Assembly (NCBI GenBank): GCA_963803805.1
Contig: CAWDOD010000005.1
Location: forward strand, 64,001-128,000
Length of the DNA: 64,000 nt
Direction of reading: 5' to 3'
From: an uncultured cyanobacterium
GTDB taxonomy: Bacteria > Cyanobacteriota > Cyanobacteriia > Cyanobacteriales > CAWCAG01
Shown here: positions 62,935 through 64,000 of the stretch, piece after piece
Position numbering within the stretch: position 1 is the first letter of the stretch
How the letters are laid out: each line of letters starts with the position of its first letter
Position numbers and translations under genes: made by a program
The notes under the pieces: generated by a model
What the model saw: the letters and a program-made list of their open reading frames with translations, nothing else
The model's database searches: none
What the model was told of the DNA's origin: nothing

Positions 62935-64000
62935 GTGACTGAAAAAAATACTTTACAGGTGGTTATAGTTGGTGGTGGGGCGGCAGGTTTTTTTGCGGCG
63001 ATTAACTGTGCTGCAATCCATCTTCAGACTCAAGTTAGTTTGCTAGAAGCAGGGCGCAAACCCTTAGCTAAGGTGCGTATTTCTGGTGGGGGGAGATGCA
63101 ATGTTACTCATCATTGTTTTAACCCTGCCTTACTTATACAAAACTATCCTCGCGGCGGCAAAGCGTTGCGAGGAGCTTTTTTTCGCTTTCAACCCCAAGA
63201 TACGGTAGCTTGGTTCGCTAAGCAAGGTGTGGCTTTAAAAACCGAGGCGGATGGGCGGATGTTTCCGATTACTAATAGTTCGGAAACTATTGTTAATTGT
63301 TTAACTCAAGCTGCTTTAAAAACAGGGGTGAAGTTGTTAACAAATTCTGGAGTTAAAACTATTCAGAGGCTGCCAAAAGGTTTTAGTTTAGGGTTGAAAG
63401 ATGGGAGAGAATTAAACTGCGATCGCTTACTTTTAGCCACAGGAAGTAATCCCGCAGGTTACGCTTGGGCAAGGGAGTTAGGTCATAATATTATTCCCCC
63501 AGTACCTTCTTTATTTACTTTCAAAATCAAAGATCCTCGCTTCCAAAATTTAGCAGGAACTAGTGTTGCTAAAACTTCGGTACGTTTGCAATTTCCAGGC
63601 TTAAGTAAAGAATTACCTCCCCCGCAAACAGGGCCTTTATTAGTTACCCATTGGGGAGTTAGTGGCCCAGCAATCTTAAAATTATCAGCTTGGGGGGCGA
63701 GGATTTTGAGCGATCGCAATTATCATATAGGTTTAATTATTAATTGGTTGCCTGATTTTAATCAAGAGAGTTTACGACAACAATTATTAGTAGTTAAATC
63801 TCAATCACCGAAGCGGAAAGTTATTACCAACTCTCCCTTTGATTTACCAAAGCGATTATGGCAACGTTTAGTTATTGCTGCTGGTATTGCAGATGATAAA
63901 CCTTGGGCAGAGTTGTCAAAAAAAGCCCTAAATAAGTTAGTGCAAGAATTGAATGCAGGGGAATATAAGATTCATGGTAAAGGAACTTTTAAAGAAGAAT
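62935..64000 (+). CDS. HI0933/BaiN-family flavoprotein, runs off the window end
   Basis: GTG 62935: VVIVGGGAAGFFAAI..KVRISGGGRCNVT..EADGRMFP..LATGS..VTHWGVSGPAIL..KEE. Confidence 0.9.
   Translation, partial: MTEKNTLQVVIVGGGAAGFFAAINCAAIHLQTQVSLLEAGRKPLAKVRISGGGRCNVTHHCFNPALLIQNYPRGGKALRGAFFRFQPQDTVAWFAKQGVALKTEADGRMFPITNSSETIVNCLTQAALKTGVKLLTNSGVKTIQRLPKGFSLGLKDGRELNCDRLLLATGSNPAGYAWARELGHNIIPPVPSLFTFKIKDPRFQNLAGTSVAKTSVRLQFPGLSKELPPPQTGPLLVTHWGVSGPAILKLSAWGARILSDRNYHIGLIINWLPDFNQESLRQQLLVVKSQSPKRKVITNSPFDLPKRLWQRLVIAAGIADDKPWAELSKKALNKLVQELNAGEYKIHGKGTFKEE

Overview
AT-rich cyanobacterial chromosomal window, shown by frequent HIP1 octamers GCGATCGC, heptamer tandem repeats and ycf4. Most of it is housekeeping: sugar-phosphate nucleotidyltransferase/mutase, ssb, hppD, comB, guaA, cbiD, oligopeptidase A, a FabF-like synthase, cyclophilin, ycf4, dacB-like, plsX-fabH, TamB-like, gor, coaD plus a DivIVA-like gene, and a rubredoxin missed by the ORF track. 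A signalling block at 18.9-31.4 kb holds two tandem class III adenylate cyclases and a CBS/GAF/PAS hybrid kinase with a REC-GGDEF partner. Six genes carry seven single-base frameshifts, most likely consensus errors. Top observations: (1) a ZIP-family transporter with an intact cyclic-nucleotide-binding domain inserted in its TM3-TM4 loop (9954-11222); (2) the slot between convergent hppD and comB occurs twice in tandem, each copy with diverged hppD/comB 3' ends and different cargo (SMI1/KNR4 versus XisH/XisI); (3) a 21-nt in-frame small repeat inserted in a HIP1-like site inside a gene; (4) an IS630 right end fused to a decapitated gene; (5) a LexA-like box over the ssb promoter. I saw no CRISPR array, rRNA or tRNA. 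All family calls come from motif recognition by eye, not database searches.
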